From positions 45,968 through 109,967 of the forward strand of contig JBCCXN010000015.1 in assembly GCA_039191495.1 (NCBI GenBank): 64,000 nucleotides of DNA, read 5' to 3'. The stretch comes from Pseudomonadota bacterium. Lineage in GTDB: Bacteria; Pseudomonadota; Alphaproteobacteria; Rhodobacterales; Rhodobacteraceae. Shown here in pieces: positions 9,160 to 21,248 of this stretch. Position 1 is the first letter of the stretch. Every line of letters begins with the position of its first letter. The position numbers and the translations under genes were made by a program. Under the pieces are notes generated by a model. It worked only from the letters and a program-made list of their open reading frames with translations. It was not told the origin of the DNA and searched no databases.

Positions 9160-9752
9160 GCGCGTGCGTCCAAAGTGTAGCCGTTTTTCAGTGCCGCGAC
9201 GAGCAGGGGTGGCGTCAGAAGTGCGACCTGTCCGTTTCGTGGTTTAATCCGGGCGCGGCCATAGCCGGTTGAAAGAAACGGAACCCATGCGTCGTCTTGC
9301 ACTAGCATCGGCGTCCCGTCTTCATCCAAAACAAACGCGCCTGTGGGCATGTCCCTCAGATCGGCTTGATGTCTGCGTTGCATGGCGCGCCTTGGAATGG
9401 CGCGCTCTTGATGCAGTAGCGCATCGAAGTTCGTGATTTTCCCCGTAATACCAAGGGTGTCGCGAAACCTGTTGTAGTCCGCGCGCCTGCACTCACCGCA
9501 CGGGCGGTGTCCGGCGGCAAAAGCCACAGCCTCGTCATGAAAAAAGAGCTCTGTGTAATTTCCGGGCTGCATAAGCTTGCGACGGCGGTTTTTGAACTCA
9601 AGAACGCACGTCACCCAAGCCTTATGACGCCATCGCGCTGCACCCAATTGCCCCGCCTCGTTGTGCAAAATGCCGCGATTGCCCATGTAAGACCCACGCG
9701 TCGGCTCTGCGACGATGTCGCCGGTAGGCTGAACGCGGTTTTGCCTAACCAT
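9156..9752 (-). CDS. conserved hypothetical protein with Ada-like A-G-H-R-P-C-x-x-C-R-R motif
   Basis: 198-aa ORF whose ATG shares 1 nt with the stop of the upstream SDR gene (operon). No family recognised beyond the short Cys motif. Confidence 0.6.
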   Translation of the reverse strand: MVRQNRVQPTGDIVAEPTRGSYMGNRGILHNEAGQLGAARWRHKAWVTCVLEFKNRRRKLMQPGNYTELFFHDEAVAFAAGHRPCGECRRADYNRFRDTLGITGKITNFDALLHQERAIPRRAMQRRHQADLRDMPTGAFVLDEDGTPMLVQDDAWVPFLSTGYGRARIKPRNGQVALLTPPLLVAALKNGYTLDARA

Positions 9753-10507
9753 CAGCGCATCCTGAGGGCACCATCAATGCGGATGACCTCGCCGTTCAGA
9801 TACCCGGCCTCCACAATGAAACCGGCCAGTTGTGCGTACTCTGCCGGGTCCCCCAGACGCGGCGGGCAGGGGACGTCTGCGGCAAGGCTGTCTTGCACCT
9901 CTTGTGGCAACCCAGCCAGCATCGGCGTCATAAAGATGCCCGGCGCGATCGTCATAACGCGCACGCCGACAAACGCGAGGTCCCGCGCCATCGGCAGGCA
10001 CATCCCAACGACGCCCCCTTTGGATGCGGCATAGGCCGCCTGTCCCTTTTGGCCGTCATAAGCGGCAATCGACGCGGTATTGATAATCACGCCGCGGCCA
10101 CCATCCGGGTCCGGAGTATTGGCTTGCATGGCATCAGCTGCCAGCCTTGCCACGTTGAACGTGCCCAGCAGGTTCACGTCGAGTGTTCTGGCAAACGTAT
10201 CCAATGGATGTGGGCCATCCCGTCCAACTGTTTTTATGCCGTAGGCGATACCGGCGCAGTTTACCGCGACGTTTATGTGGCCCATTGCGTCCAGCGCCTC
10301 TGCGATGGCGGCGCTGACGGAGGTCTCGTCTGTGACATCTGTTTTAATGAATGTCCCGCCGATTTCCCGAGCCACAGACCTGCCGCGTTCCGCATCCCGA
10401 TCCAGCAGCGTGACATGCGCGCCAGCGGCAGCAAAGCAACGCGCGGTTGCCTCACCTAAACCCGACGCCGCACCGGTAATGAGGGCCGCTGCGTTTTCAA
10501 GCTTCAT
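9752..10507 (-). CDS. SDR-family oxidoreductase, 3-hydroxyacyl-CoA dehydrogenase type II-like
   Basis: TGAASGLG cofactor motif, YAASKGGV catalytic YxxxK, 251 aa. Confidence 0.85.
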   Translation of the reverse strand: MKLENAAALITGAASGLGEATARCFAAAGAHVTLLDRDAERGRSVAREIGGTFIKTDVTDETSVSAAIAEALDAMGHINVAVNCAGIAYGIKTVGRDGPHPLDTFARTLDVNLLGTFNVARLAADAMQANTPDPDGGRGVIINTASIAAYDGQKGQAAYAASKGGVVGMCLPMARDLAFVGVRVMTIAPGIFMTPMLAGLPQEVQDSLAADVPCPPRLGDPAEYAQLAGFIVEAGYLNGEVIRIDGALRMR

Positions 10508-10536
10508 GGCCTGTTCCTCCCGACAGCGCGTGGTGC

Positions 10537-11787
10537 TTAGCCCAATTGTACAAGCGCATGCCGTTTTTTACCCGCGCTGAGCTTGATCGGCGACGAGAGC
10601 GCCGCCGTATCAATCATCAGGCCCGCGTTTGTCAGCGGCGCATCGTCCAGTCGCGCGCCGTTCTCCGCAATCAGTCGCTTTGCTTCTTTGCCGGAATGGG
10701 CCAAACCCGACCTGACAATGAGCTGAACGACGGAGATGCCGTCCCCGATGTCCGCTGCGCTGAGTGTCAGCGTCGGCAAATCGTCTCCGACGCCGCCTTT
10801 TTCGAAAACCGCACGCGCCGTCTCTTCCGCCGTAGTCGCCGCATCCGCGCCATGCAAGAGCGTTGTCACCTCGTTCGCCAGCCGGATTTTCGCATCATTG
10901 ATCTCAGATCCCTGCAAAGCGCCCAATCGGTCGCACTCGCTCACTGGCAGTTCGGTGTAAAGTTTCAGAAAGCGTCCGACGTCCGCATCCGTGGTGTTGC
11001 GCCAAAACTGCCAGAACTCGTAAGCACTGAGCATATCGGCGTTCAGCCAGACAGCTCCGGACTGGGACTTGCCCATTTTCTTGCCATCGGACGTCGTCAG
11101 CAGCGGAGATGTGAGCCCATAGACTTCACCATCGATCACCCGACGGGTCAGGTCGATCCCGTTCACGATGTTGCCCCACTGGTCAGACCCGCCCATCTGC
11201 AGAATGCAGCCATACCGGCGGTGCAGTTCCATAAAGTCATAGGCCTGCAGGATCATATAATTGAACTCGAGGAAACTGAGCGACTGCTCACGATCCAGAC
11301 GCGATTTCACGCTTTCAAAACTGAGCATGCGGTTGATCGAAAAATGCCGCCCGATGTCGCGCAGAAAATCGAGGTAATTGAGGTCGTCGAGCCATTCTGC
11401 ATTGTCGAGCATCAGCGCACCATTCGATGCATCCGAGAACTCGATGTAAGCGGAGAATACGCGTTTAATCCCCGTGATATTACTAACAATGGCCTCTGCG
11501 CTTATAAGTGGCCGCTCATCTGCACGAAACGATGGGTCGCCTACTTTGGTTGTGCCGCCGCCCATAAGCGTGATCGGCTTGTGGCCTGTCTTTTGCAACC
11601 AGCGCAACATCATAATCTGGATCAGCGAGCCAACATGGAGCGACTTCGCTGTGGCATCAAATCCGATATACGCCGGTTGCCCATTCCGGAGCAGCGCTTC
11701 GTCCAACCCCTGATAATCCGTGCAGTCGGCAAGAAAGCCGCGCTCCATCATCACGGAAACAAAATCGGACTTGGGATGGTAAGTCAT
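10537..11787 (-). CDS. tyrS: tyrosine--tRNA ligase
   Basis: Start at MTYHPKSDF (ATG 11787). Class I HIGH-like SLHVGSL and KMSKS-like KMGKS, plus a C-terminal S4-like domain. The track ORF is over-extended by 53 codons. Confidence 0.93.
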   Translation of the reverse strand: MTYHPKSDFVSVMMERGFLADCTDYQGLDEALLRNGQPAYIGFDATAKSLHVGSLIQIMMLRWLQKTGHKPITLMGGGTTKVGDPSFRADERPLISAEAIVSNITGIKRVFSAYIEFSDASNGALMLDNAEWLDDLNYLDFLRDIGRHFSINRMLSFESVKSRLDREQSLSFLEFNYMILQAYDFMELHRRYGCILQMGGSDQWGNIVNGIDLTRRVIDGEVYGLTSPLLTTSDGKKMGKSQSGAVWLNADMLSAYEFWQFWRNTTDADVGRFLKLYTELPVSECDRLGALQGSEINDAKIRLANEVTTLLHGADAATTAEETARAVFEKGGVGDDLPTLTLSAADIGDGISVVQLIVRSGLAHSGKEAKRLIAENGARLDDAPLTNAGLMIDTAALSSPIKLSAGKKRHALVQLG

Positions 11788-11851
11788 GGCCTTGCTCTCA
11801 GCTTGCAATCTGGGGCACTCTATAGGGGCAGAGCAGGCGAAGGAAAAGGCT

Positions 11852-12988
11852 TTGACACGGGCCATCGCAAAAACAGGTACGCTGACTGCGCTTGGCGCCA
11901 TGAGCGGCACATCGCTGGACGGCGTAGATGCTGCGGTTGTTGTCACAAACGGGCACCGGATAGACGCCTTTGGATCACGCGACTATCGCGCCTATTCCGA
12001 GGAGGAACGCGCCTGCGTGTCGTCCGCTTTGGGACGATGGACGGGAGAGAGTGTTGAGGCGGCCACGGATGTCGTTGAGGCGGCACATTTGGCGGTTTTG
12101 GAGACCTTTGAAAACATCGACATCGTGGGTTTTCATGGCCAGACGCTGGCGCATGCGCCGCGCACACAAGGTACTCTTCAGATCGGCGACGGTGCCTGGC
12201 TGGCCAATGCCCTGGAAACTCCGGTTGTTTGGGATTTTCGAAGCGCAGACGTGGAATTGGGCGGGGAAGGTGCACCACTCGCACCGTTCTTCCACTTTGC
12301 ATGTGCCAAATACATCGAGGCGACTGCACCGCTTGGTTTTTTGAACCTTGGCGGTGTTGCGAACCTGACGTATGTCGATCCGGCTTATGATCACCCGGAC
12401 ATGCCCGGAGCGCTACTTGCCTTCGACACTGGCCCTGCAAATGCTCCAGTCAATGACCTTATGCAAAAGCGCCTTAAGCAACCTTTTGACAAAGACGGTG
12501 CTACAGCGCGCGCCGGTACGGTGGAGCAAGGAGCGTTGGAGCTCTTTCTGGCAGAACCTTACTTTAGCAGGATGCCGCCCAAGTCTTTGGACCGGAACGA
12601 CTTTGCCCAGATGATCGATCTGGTGAACGAGCTCGCGGATGAAGACGCGGCGGCGACTTTGACGGGTATGTGCGCCGTGGGCGTTCTGGAAGGCGTGCGC
12701 CATTGCCCGACGCCGCCCACCCGCATTCTTGTGACGGGCGGCGGGCGAAAGAACCCCGTGCTGATGGAGATGCTTCAGGTGGCGCTCGATTGTCCCGTGG
12801 TCCCGGTAGAAGACGTGGGATTGGATGGCGACATGCTGGAGGCGCAGGCCTTTGCCTATCTGGCCGTTCGGGTGGCACGCGGTTTGCCGACCTCCTGCCC
12901 GGCCACAACGGGCGTACGCGCCGCAGTGGGCGGCGGCACGGTAAGCTACCCTCAGACCAGCACCGTAGACCGCGCGCTGCCGGGCTAG
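11852..12988 (+). CDS. anmK: anhydro-N-acetylmuramic acid kinase
   Basis: [13 protein letters not shown]-terminal motif and full-length AnmK-like sequence. Start uncertain: TTG 11852 (GGAAAAGG upstream) or ATG 11900. The ATG at 11786 would overlap the tyrS start codon head-to-head. Confidence 0.85.
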   Translation: MTRAIAKTGTLTALGAMSGTSLDGVDAAVVVTNGHRIDAFGSRDYRAYSEEERACVSSALGRWTGESVEAATDVVEAAHLAVLETFENIDIVGFHGQTLAHAPRTQGTLQIGDGAWLANALETPVVWDFRSADVELGGEGAPLAPFFHFACAKYIEATAPLGFLNLGGVANLTYVDPAYDHPDMPGALLAFDTGPANAPVNDLMQKRLKQPFDKDGATARAGTVEQGALELFLAEPYFSRMPPKSLDRNDFAQMIDLVNELADEDAAATLTGMCAVGVLEGVRHCPTPPTRILVTGGGRKNPVLMEMLQVALDCPVVPVEDVGLDGDMLEAQAFAYLAVRVARGLPTSCPATTGVRAAVGGGTVSYPQTSTVDRALPG

Positions 12989-13410
12989 GCCTTGGGAATG
13001 TCAAAGCCTCGTTCGGCGAGCGTAAACCCGTCAAACTGAAACCCCGGTGACACCGTACAGCTGACCAGCGTGTACTCACCTGTGGTGTGTGCCGCCTGCC
13101 AATGGTTCTCGGGCACGATGATTTGCGGGCGCGCGGTTTTCAGATCAGGGCCCAACGTGTGTTCGGTTGCCGGACCTTCATCCGTTTTACTCAGGGAAAG
13201 GATCAACGGGGCGCCCGCGTGATAGAGCCAGATTTCCGTTGCATCCACGCGGTGCCAGTGGCTGTGTTCTCCAGCCGCAAGCAGGAAGTAAATACAGGTT
13301 CCCGTGGCGCGACCTTCGTTTTGGGCGGCCCATGTTTCCCGGTAATGACCGCCCTCTGGATGCGGGATCAAGCCGAGGGCGTTGATGATATCCTGGCCTG
13401 TCATGGTCAC
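12985..13410 (-). CDS. cupin-fold protein, DUF985 family
   Basis: 141 aa, [16 protein letters not shown]...YFLL...SHWHRV pattern of DUF985 cupins. Confidence 0.75.
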   Translation of the reverse strand: MTMTGQDIINALGLIPHPEGGHYRETWAAQNEGRATGTCIYFLLAAGEHSHWHRVDATEIWLYHAGAPLILSLSKTDEGPATEHTLGPDLKTARPQIIVPENHWQAAHTTGEYTLVSCTVSPGFQFDGFTLAERGFDIPKA

Positions 13411-13479
13411 GGATTAGTACTGTGCAAGGCAGCCTGCAAGACTGCGCATACACAACCCGGTCTCTTCTGTCGTGCGTTC

Positions 13480-15326
<1,847 letters not shown>

Positions 15327-16193
15327 TCAGCTGGAATGCAAACGCCTTTCGCGCCAGAGTGTGTACAGTCCGGACCCCACAACGACGCAACAGCCAGCAA
15401 GCATGAGCGTGTCGGGTGTTTCGCCAAACACACTGATGCCAATAACCAGAGCAAACAAAATGCGCGAATACCTAAAGGGCGTCACGAAGCTTATCTCGCC
15501 AATACGCATGGCCGACACGATGGTGTAGTAAGCAGCAATTCCAATAAAGAGAGCGGCCGCGAGGTAGAGCCATTCCAAAGCGTTTGGCACCGCAAGAGGG
15601 CCGGCATTCATCAGCGTCATTAAAGCGGCGGTGGGAATGAGCACAATGAAGGCCAGAAAGCTCAGTTGCAATGTGGACGTCTCCGGAGGAACACGGCGCG
15701 TGGCGAGGTCGCGGATCCCAAGTCCGATGACGCCCTGCACTGCAAACAGGGACGACCAAGTAAACCCCTCCATTCCGGGCCGGATGATCAGCAGAACGCC
15801 GCAAAACCCGACAAAAACCGCGCACCAGCGTCTCCAGCCAACCTGTTCTTGTAAAAACAAGGCCGCGCCTAGGGTCACGAAGAGGGGTGTCGCCTGTAAG
15901 ATGGCGGACGCGGTGGAAAGCGGTATCAGCGCGAGCGCTGTGACAAACCCCAACGTGCCGATAAGCTCGCCCACGGCACGCAAGAGGATGGGGATCGTCA
16001 GCATGTCGCGCGAGAACAAAGCCTGACCTTGCGCCCGCAACATGAGCCCAAGCACGAGTGTGCTGCCAACCCCGAGCATACCAACAATCTGACCGACAGG
16101 CAGGCGGACCGCCATCATTTTGATGAACATGTCTTCAAAGGCGAAAAGCAGCATCGCGGCAATCATCAGTGCTGCGCCACGCAGGTTGTCCAT
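15327..16193 (-). CDS. DMT-superfamily (EamA-like) transporter
   Basis: 288 aa, about 10 hydrophobic segments arranged as two EamA-like halves. Confidence 0.8.
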   Translation of the reverse strand: MDNLRGAALMIAAMLLFAFEDMFIKMMAVRLPVGQIVGMLGVGSTLVLGLMLRAQGQALFSRDMLTIPILLRAVGELIGTLGFVTALALIPLSTASAILQATPLFVTLGAALFLQEQVGWRRWCAVFVGFCGVLLIIRPGMEGFTWSSLFAVQGVIGLGIRDLATRRVPPETSTLQLSFLAFIVLIPTAALMTLMNAGPLAVPNALEWLYLAAALFIGIAAYYTIVSAMRIGEISFVTPFRYSRILFALVIGISVFGETPDTLMLAGCCVVVGSGLYTLWRERRLHSS

Positions 16194-16295
16194 AGCAGTT
16201 CTACCCGGATTTGGGTCTTTGTTATCCGCCTAACGCTCCGGTCAGCCGGTGTCCAGTGCGCCCGGACGACATGGTCGCGTCGTCGCGCAACGGCG

Positions 16296-16709
16296 TCATT
16301 TTTTCAGAGGTACGCCATAGAGCTCAAGGCGATGGCCGCGCAGCTCATAGCCCAGTTTCCGCGCAATCTTTTCCTGCAGGGCTTCGATCTCCGAATCCAC
16401 AAATTCAATAACTTCGCCGGAATTGATGTCTATCAGGTGGTCGTGATGATCACGTTCCGCGTCCTCATATCTTGCGCGACCATCGCCGAACTCAAGTTTG
16501 TCGAGGATCCCGGCTTCTTCAAACAGTTTCACAGTGCGATACACCGTGGCCAGAGAGATACCGTTGTCAACCGCGGAGGCGCGGGCGTAAAGTTCTTCCA
16601 CGTCGGGATGGTCTTCACTGTCTTCAAGGACTTGCGCGACAACTCTTCGCTGTCCGGTCATGCGCAGTCCCTTGGCTTCGCACCGCGATATGATCGAACT
16701 GTCCATCAT
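16296..16709 (-). CDS. Fur-family transcriptional regulator, Irr-like
   Basis: The 137-aa product MMDSSIISRCEAKGLRMTGQRRVV...HHDHLIDINSGEVIEF has the Fur fold pattern but lacks the CxxC pairs, as in Irr. The track ORF (to 17327) is an over-extension antisense to the helicase gene. Confidence 0.8.
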   Translation of the reverse strand: MMDSSIISRCEAKGLRMTGQRRVVAQVLEDSEDHPDVEELYARASAVDNGISLATVYRTVKLFEEAGILDKLEFGDGRARYEDAERDHHDHLIDINSGEVIEFVDSEIEALQEKIARKLGYELRGHRLELYGVPLKK

Positions 16710-16893
16710 GTCCTTCCTGTCACACCGTGTCGTGTGTCTTAGCCCTGTTTGACGCAAGGTACCAGTCACTTGCCGCGCTTTCGGTTGACTTATCCTTTCA
16801 AAGGGCGCAGGTGCCGCGCTAAACGGCGCGTGATCGCGACGGCAAGAAAAACGCGGTTGCCTTTTCGAGCGAGGGGCGCGCCGAAAGGATGAC

Positions 16894-18168
16894 ATGAGCG
16901 ATTTTGAAATGATGGGCCTGCCGTCGATGCTGACGCGCAGGCTGGATGAACTGGGTCTGACCACACCCACGCCGATCCAGAAACAGGCCATCCCGCATGG
17001 GCTGAACGGTCGGGACGTGATGGGTCTGGCGCAGACTGGCACCGGAAAGACGGCTGCATTCGGTGTGCCACTGATCGCGCAGATGCTCGAAATGAAAGCG
17101 CGACCAGCGCCAAAATCCGCGCGCGGGCTTGTGCTTGCACCCACGCGCGAACTGGTCAACCAGATCACGCAGAACCTGCGCGGCCTTGCCGAAAACAGCC
17201 GCGTGCGCGTGACCATGGTTGTCGGCGGGCAGGCCATCGGACCGCAAGTGCGACGCCTCGAGCGCGGCACGGACCTGTTGATAGCGACGCCCGGTCGCTT
17301 ATTGGATTTGCTCGATCGGGGCGCCATTCTCCTCGATGAAACGGTCTTTCTGGTTCTGGACGAAGCCGATCAGATGCTCGATATGGGCTTTATCCACGAT
17401 CTGCGCAAAATTGCGTCGATCTTGCCGGAGACGCGCCAAACCATGCTGTTTTCCGCCACCATGCCCAAGCAGATCAACGAATTGGCGCAAACGTACCTCA
17501 ACCGCCCGGTCCGTGTGGAGGTTTCAGCGCCTGGAAAACCAGCCGATAAAGTCACTCAGGAAGTGCATTTTATCGCCAAATCGGAGAAACCCGCGTTGCT
17601 GATCGAAATGCTTGATGCGCACCGTCATGAGCGCGCGCTCGTCTTCTGCCGCACGAAACATGGTGCAGAACGCCTCATGAAGCAGCTCAACACGGCCGGC
17701 TTTGCGGCAGCGTCCATTCACGGCAACAAAAGTCAGGGCCAACGCGACCGGGCTCTCGCGGCGTTTACTGCCGGAGACACCCGCGTACTGGTTGCCACAG
17801 ATGTTGCCGCGCGCGGATTGGATATTCCGGACGTAAAGCATGTGTACAATTTCGATTTGCCGAATGTGCCTGACAACTATGTGCATCGTATCGGGCGCAC
17901 AGCACGAGCAGGCAAAGACGGCGCAGCCATTTCCTTTTGCGCGCCTGATGAAATGGACGCCCTCCGCGATATCGAAAAAACAATGCACGCCTCGATACCG
18001 GTTGGTTCGGGCCGACCTTGGGAGCCCGAAAAACCGGTCGCAAAAACGCCGGCGCGTCGGCGCAAAAGGCCAGGACAAGGACGAAAGGGTCCGCCTTCGG
18101 GACCATCCCAAAGCCCACCCAAGCGGCGCCGACGTCGCCCGGGTTCAAAACGAACCGGAAAGCCCTGA
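16894..18168 (+). CDS. DEAD-box ATP-dependent RNA helicase (RhlE-like) with basic C-terminal tail
   Basis: Q motif, AQTGTGKT, VLDEADQM (DEAD), SAT and HRIGRTARAG motifs. Arg/Lys/Pro-rich tail. Confidence 0.9.
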   Translation: MSDFEMMGLPSMLTRRLDELGLTTPTPIQKQAIPHGLNGRDVMGLAQTGTGKTAAFGVPLIAQMLEMKARPAPKSARGLVLAPTRELVNQITQNLRGLAENSRVRVTMVVGGQAIGPQVRRLERGTDLLIATPGRLLDLLDRGAILLDETVFLVLDEADQMLDMGFIHDLRKIASILPETRQTMLFSATMPKQINELAQTYLNRPVRVEVSAPGKPADKVTQEVHFIAKSEKPALLIEMLDAHRHERALVFCRTKHGAERLMKQLNTAGFAAASIHGNKSQGQRDRALAAFTAGDTRVLVATDVAARGLDIPDVKHVYNFDLPNVPDNYVHRIGRTARAGKDGAAISFCAPDEMDALRDIEKTMHASIPVGSGRPWEPEKPVAKTPARRRKRPGQGRKGPPSGPSQSPPKRRRRRPGSKRTGKP

Positions 18169-18268
18169 GATGATTTTCTTTGATCTTCAAATATCCCCGC
18201 CGGAGGCATGAAATTCAAATGCGCGACGTCGTGGCTCGTCCACAGCGATGGTCCGGCGTACAGATCTT

Positions 18269-19681
18269 TCAAGTTCCGCAGAAGGTTGCCTGAACACGCT
18301 CGTTTTCCGCAGGCGGGCGCATAAGGTCGCTGTCTGCAGTCGCGAAAGGATCAGCGTAGGCAGACAACAAACGTCTAAAAGGCCCGTAGTCGCCAGCCAC
18401 AGCAGCAGCAATCATTTCTTCTATTCGGTGATTCCGCGGTACCACACGGGGCGACGCCTTTTGCATGACGTGCTCTGGATCGGGTTCCAGGTCAATTCTG
18501 GAACGCCATCGCTGGCCCCACGCATCGAACGTGTCACGATCCAGAAATTGATCTCGCGCATCACCACGGGCCAGCGCATCGAACGTGTTCGTGAAATCCG
18601 CCTGCTGATCTTCCATAAGCCGCAACAGGTCTTCTATCAGAGCTATATCTTCGGTCCGCGCCTCTTGCAGACCGATCTTTGCCCCAAAGCGTCGCAGCCA
18701 CGCGGCTTCGACGAGACCTGGCATGCCATGCACGATCTGGGTCGCCTCGGGCACCGCAGCCTCCGGGTCGTCCAGTTGCTGTAGTAGCGATGTTGCCAGC
18801 TGCGCCATATTCCAGACTGCGATGCGCGGTTGATTGGAATAGGCATAACGTCCCATCTGATCAATTGAGCTGAAGACCATGTCCGCCTGGTAGGTGTCCA
18901 TAAAGGCGCATGGCCCGTAATCGATGGTTTCGCCGGAAATTGCACTGTTGTCGGTGTTCATCACACCGTGGATGAAACCCACCGACATCCAGGCAGCGAT
19001 CAACTCCGCCTGCGCGTAGCACACGTGGCGCAAAAGACCCAAAGGTCCATCGGCTTGCGGGTAATGACGTTCGATTGCGTAATCAGTCAATTGCTTGAGC
19101 TCGGCGATCCGACGCCTGTGCGCAAAAACCTGGAAGGTACCGACGCGCAGATGACTTGACGCCACGCGTGTCAGCACGGCCCCCGGCAACAGCGTTTCGC
19201 GCACAACATCTTCGCCGGTCAATACTGCCGCCAAAGCACGCGTTGTGGGTATCCCCAGAGCGTGCATCGCCTCAGAGACCACATACTCGCGCAAAACCGG
19301 CCCCAGCCAGGCACGGCCATCGCCCATGCGCGAGTATGGTGTGCGTCCCGATCCTTTGAGCTGTACGTCATAGCGCCGACTGTCCGTGCCCAGTACTTCA
19401 CCCAGCAAAATGGCGCGCCCGTCTCCAAGCTGCGGATTGAAACTCCCGAACTGGTGACCAGCGTAGAGTTGAGCCAACGGTGCGGCACCCTCTGGCACGT
19501 CGACACCTGCAAAAACCGACGCACGCTCCATCTCGCTCGCGGTCGAAAACCCAAGCAGTGCGCCCAGCTCATCGTTGTATGCAATCAGCTTCGGCGCTTT
19601 GACAGGGACCGGGTTTTGCCTTGTGTAGAACGCCTCCGGCAGGCGCGCGTAGCTGTTGTCGAAGTTCGCCGTCAAGGTCAT
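18269..19681 (-). CDS. selO: protein adenylyltransferase SelO (YdiU/UPF0061)
   Basis: The product starting MTLTANFDNSYARLPEAFY (ATG 19681) is colinear with the SelO family (GDGRAILLGE, LKGSGRTPYSR, HGVMNTDN). Confidence 0.88.
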   Translation of the reverse strand: MTLTANFDNSYARLPEAFYTRQNPVPVKAPKLIAYNDELGALLGFSTASEMERASVFAGVDVPEGAAPLAQLYAGHQFGSFNPQLGDGRAILLGEVLGTDSRRYDVQLKGSGRTPYSRMGDGRAWLGPVLREYVVSEAMHALGIPTTRALAAVLTGEDVVRETLLPGAVLTRVASSHLRVGTFQVFAHRRRIAELKQLTDYAIERHYPQADGPLGLLRHVCYAQAELIAAWMSVGFIHGVMNTDNSAISGETIDYGPCAFMDTYQADMVFSSIDQMGRYAYSNQPRIAVWNMAQLATSLLQQLDDPEAAVPEATQIVHGMPGLVEAAWLRRFGAKIGLQEARTEDIALIEDLLRLMEDQQADFTNTFDALARGDARDQFLDRDTFDAWGQRWRSRIDLEPDPEHVMQKASPRVVPRNHRIEEMIAAAVAGDYGPFRRLLSAYADPFATADSDLMRPPAENERVQATFCGT

Positions 19682-19728
19682 GGTGCACATATAGGCGGCA
19701 TTCTTTGGCAACGCCAGCCGCAGCGGCC

Positions 19729-20178
19729 TTAAAAGCTGCGTGTCATCAGCATGTAGTTTGTGCGCGGTGTGAAACCCGCGCGCGCGTATAATCTCTGTGC
19801 ACGCTCGGCATTGCGATTGACCTCAAGGTGCAGTGCTTTCAGCCCGGCTTGTGCCATCACGCGCGGCAAAGTTTGCAACGTCTCCGTTGCAATCCCGCGT
19901 CCGCGCACGCCGGGTCGGATGTAGATTTCGTCGATAAACCCGTCCAGTCCGCCAAATTCCAACGACCACCCGAATGTAATAACCACATACCCAATGGGCG
20001 CTCGTTCCGGGCCTATCAAGTAAGCCGCGCCATGCGGAACTCCGTCCAGCAGTGGAACCAGTCCTTCGCGGCGCTTTTCAGCATCCAGATCAATGTCTTC
20101 TTCGGCATGAAAAGCGGTGACAAGCGCTTCCAGTTTGTCCAGATGTGCGGGTCCCGCGAGTGTGAGCGACGCGCTCAT
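19729..20178 (-). CDS. GNAT-family N-acetyltransferase
   Basis: 149 aa, IRPGVRGRGIA motif. ATGA overlap with the upstream nucleoside hydrolase gene. Confidence 0.8.
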   Translation of the reverse strand: MSASLTLAGPAHLDKLEALVTAFHAEEDIDLDAEKRREGLVPLLDGVPHGAAYLIGPERAPIGYVVITFGWSLEFGGLDGFIDEIYIRPGVRGRGIATETLQTLPRVMAQAGLKALHLEVNRNAERAQRLYARAGFTPRTNYMLMTRSF

Positions 20179-21116
20179 AGTCGCCCCAGCCGTTCGGTCA
20201 GCATTTCAAAAAAACCGTCTGCATCGATGTCACCGATAAAGAGGGCGTTCTTGGGTCGATCCGTGACGCCCCACCAATCTGCGACCGTCATGCCCATCGT
20301 CAACTCAGACGTTGTTTCGATCTCGACGTTTACGTGTCTTCCTGAAAACAGTCCCGGACGCAGCAGGTAGGCCGTTACACAGGGGTCGTGCAATGGCGCG
20401 CCGACAGAGCCGTATTTTTCCTTGTCAAATCGCTCAAAGAAATCGGTCATCGCTGCCACTGCAACACCGACAGGTGTGCCCAACGCGCGAAAGGCATCGT
20501 TTCGCTCTTTTGTGACCAGCGCCTGATGCGTGACATCGAGTGACATAACGACGATAGGAGCGCCAGATTTAAACACGATATCAGCAGCTTGAGGATCGAC
20601 GTAAATGTTGAATTCCGCAGCCGGCGTTATGTTGCCAACTTCAAAATAGGCACCGCCCATAAGGACGATTTCTTGGACCTTGCTGACGATATCTGGCGCT
20701 TTTTCAAAGGCGGTTGCGATATTGGTCAGCGGGCCCAGCGGACACAACGTCACAGTGCCTTCCGGCGCTTCACGCAGCTTTTCGATGATGAAGTCCACCG
20801 CATGCTGGTCCTGAACGGGCATTGTTGGGTCCGGTAAAACGGGGCCGTCCAGCCCAGTCTTACCGTGAACGTGCTCCGCCGTTACGAGTGCGCGACCAAG
20901 CGGGCGGTCACATCCCGGGAATACGCGTACATCTGTCTTCCGGGCGAGTTCACATATGATGCGCGCATTTTTCGCCGTGAGATCAAGTGGCACGTTGCCC
21001 GCGACACACGTAATTCCCAAAAGGTCAAGTTCGTCGGGACTTGCCAAGGCCAGCAGTATCGCAACTGCGTCGTCCTGCCCGGGGTCCGTATCGATTATGA
21101 TTTTGCGCTTGCTCAT
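20175..21116 (-). CDS. nucleoside hydrolase (IU-preferring family)
   Basis: N-terminal IIIDTDPGQDDAVAILLAL aspartate cluster typical of IUNH-family hydrolases; 313 aa. Confidence 0.88.
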   Translation of the reverse strand: MSKRKIIIDTDPGQDDAVAILLALASPDELDLLGITCVAGNVPLDLTAKNARIICELARKTDVRVFPGCDRPLGRALVTAEHVHGKTGLDGPVLPDPTMPVQDQHAVDFIIEKLREAPEGTVTLCPLGPLTNIATAFEKAPDIVSKVQEIVLMGGAYFEVGNITPAAEFNIYVDPQAADIVFKSGAPIVVMSLDVTHQALVTKERNDAFRALGTPVGVAVAAMTDFFERFDKEKYGSVGAPLHDPCVTAYLLRPGLFSGRHVNVEIETTSELTMGMTVADWWGVTDRPKNALFIGDIDADGFFEMLTERLGRL

Positions 21117-21248
21117 GGCTTTTCAATGCCGTCCGGCCCGGGGTTTGTCTAGCCCCTGGCATTGCCTAACATCGGTCATATTTTGCCGATAGAGACATCG
21201 CGTGAGTGACGTCTATGAATATCATCTAACCGGACGCCGCCCCCTGAC

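Noticed and set aside
10546-12057. 503-aa plus-strand ORF antisense to tyrS
   Set aside because: It lies entirely opposite a full-length tyrosyl-tRNA synthetase and has an Arg-rich, low-information sequence. Judged a shadow ORF. The same judgement applies to 36574..37719 (antisense to pepA), 7831..8517 (antisense to uup), 50074..50949 and 51410..52183.
16710-17327. N-terminal 206 codons of the 343-aa track ORF containing the Irr-like regulator
   Set aside because: The Fur-family domain begins at MMDSS (16709). The upstream part is antisense to the DEAD-box helicase gene and is Arg/Pro/Ser-rich noise. Similar over-extensions were trimmed for tyrS, lptD, lptG, mazG, eno, rpmF, prfA, pepA, tctA, tctC and IorB.
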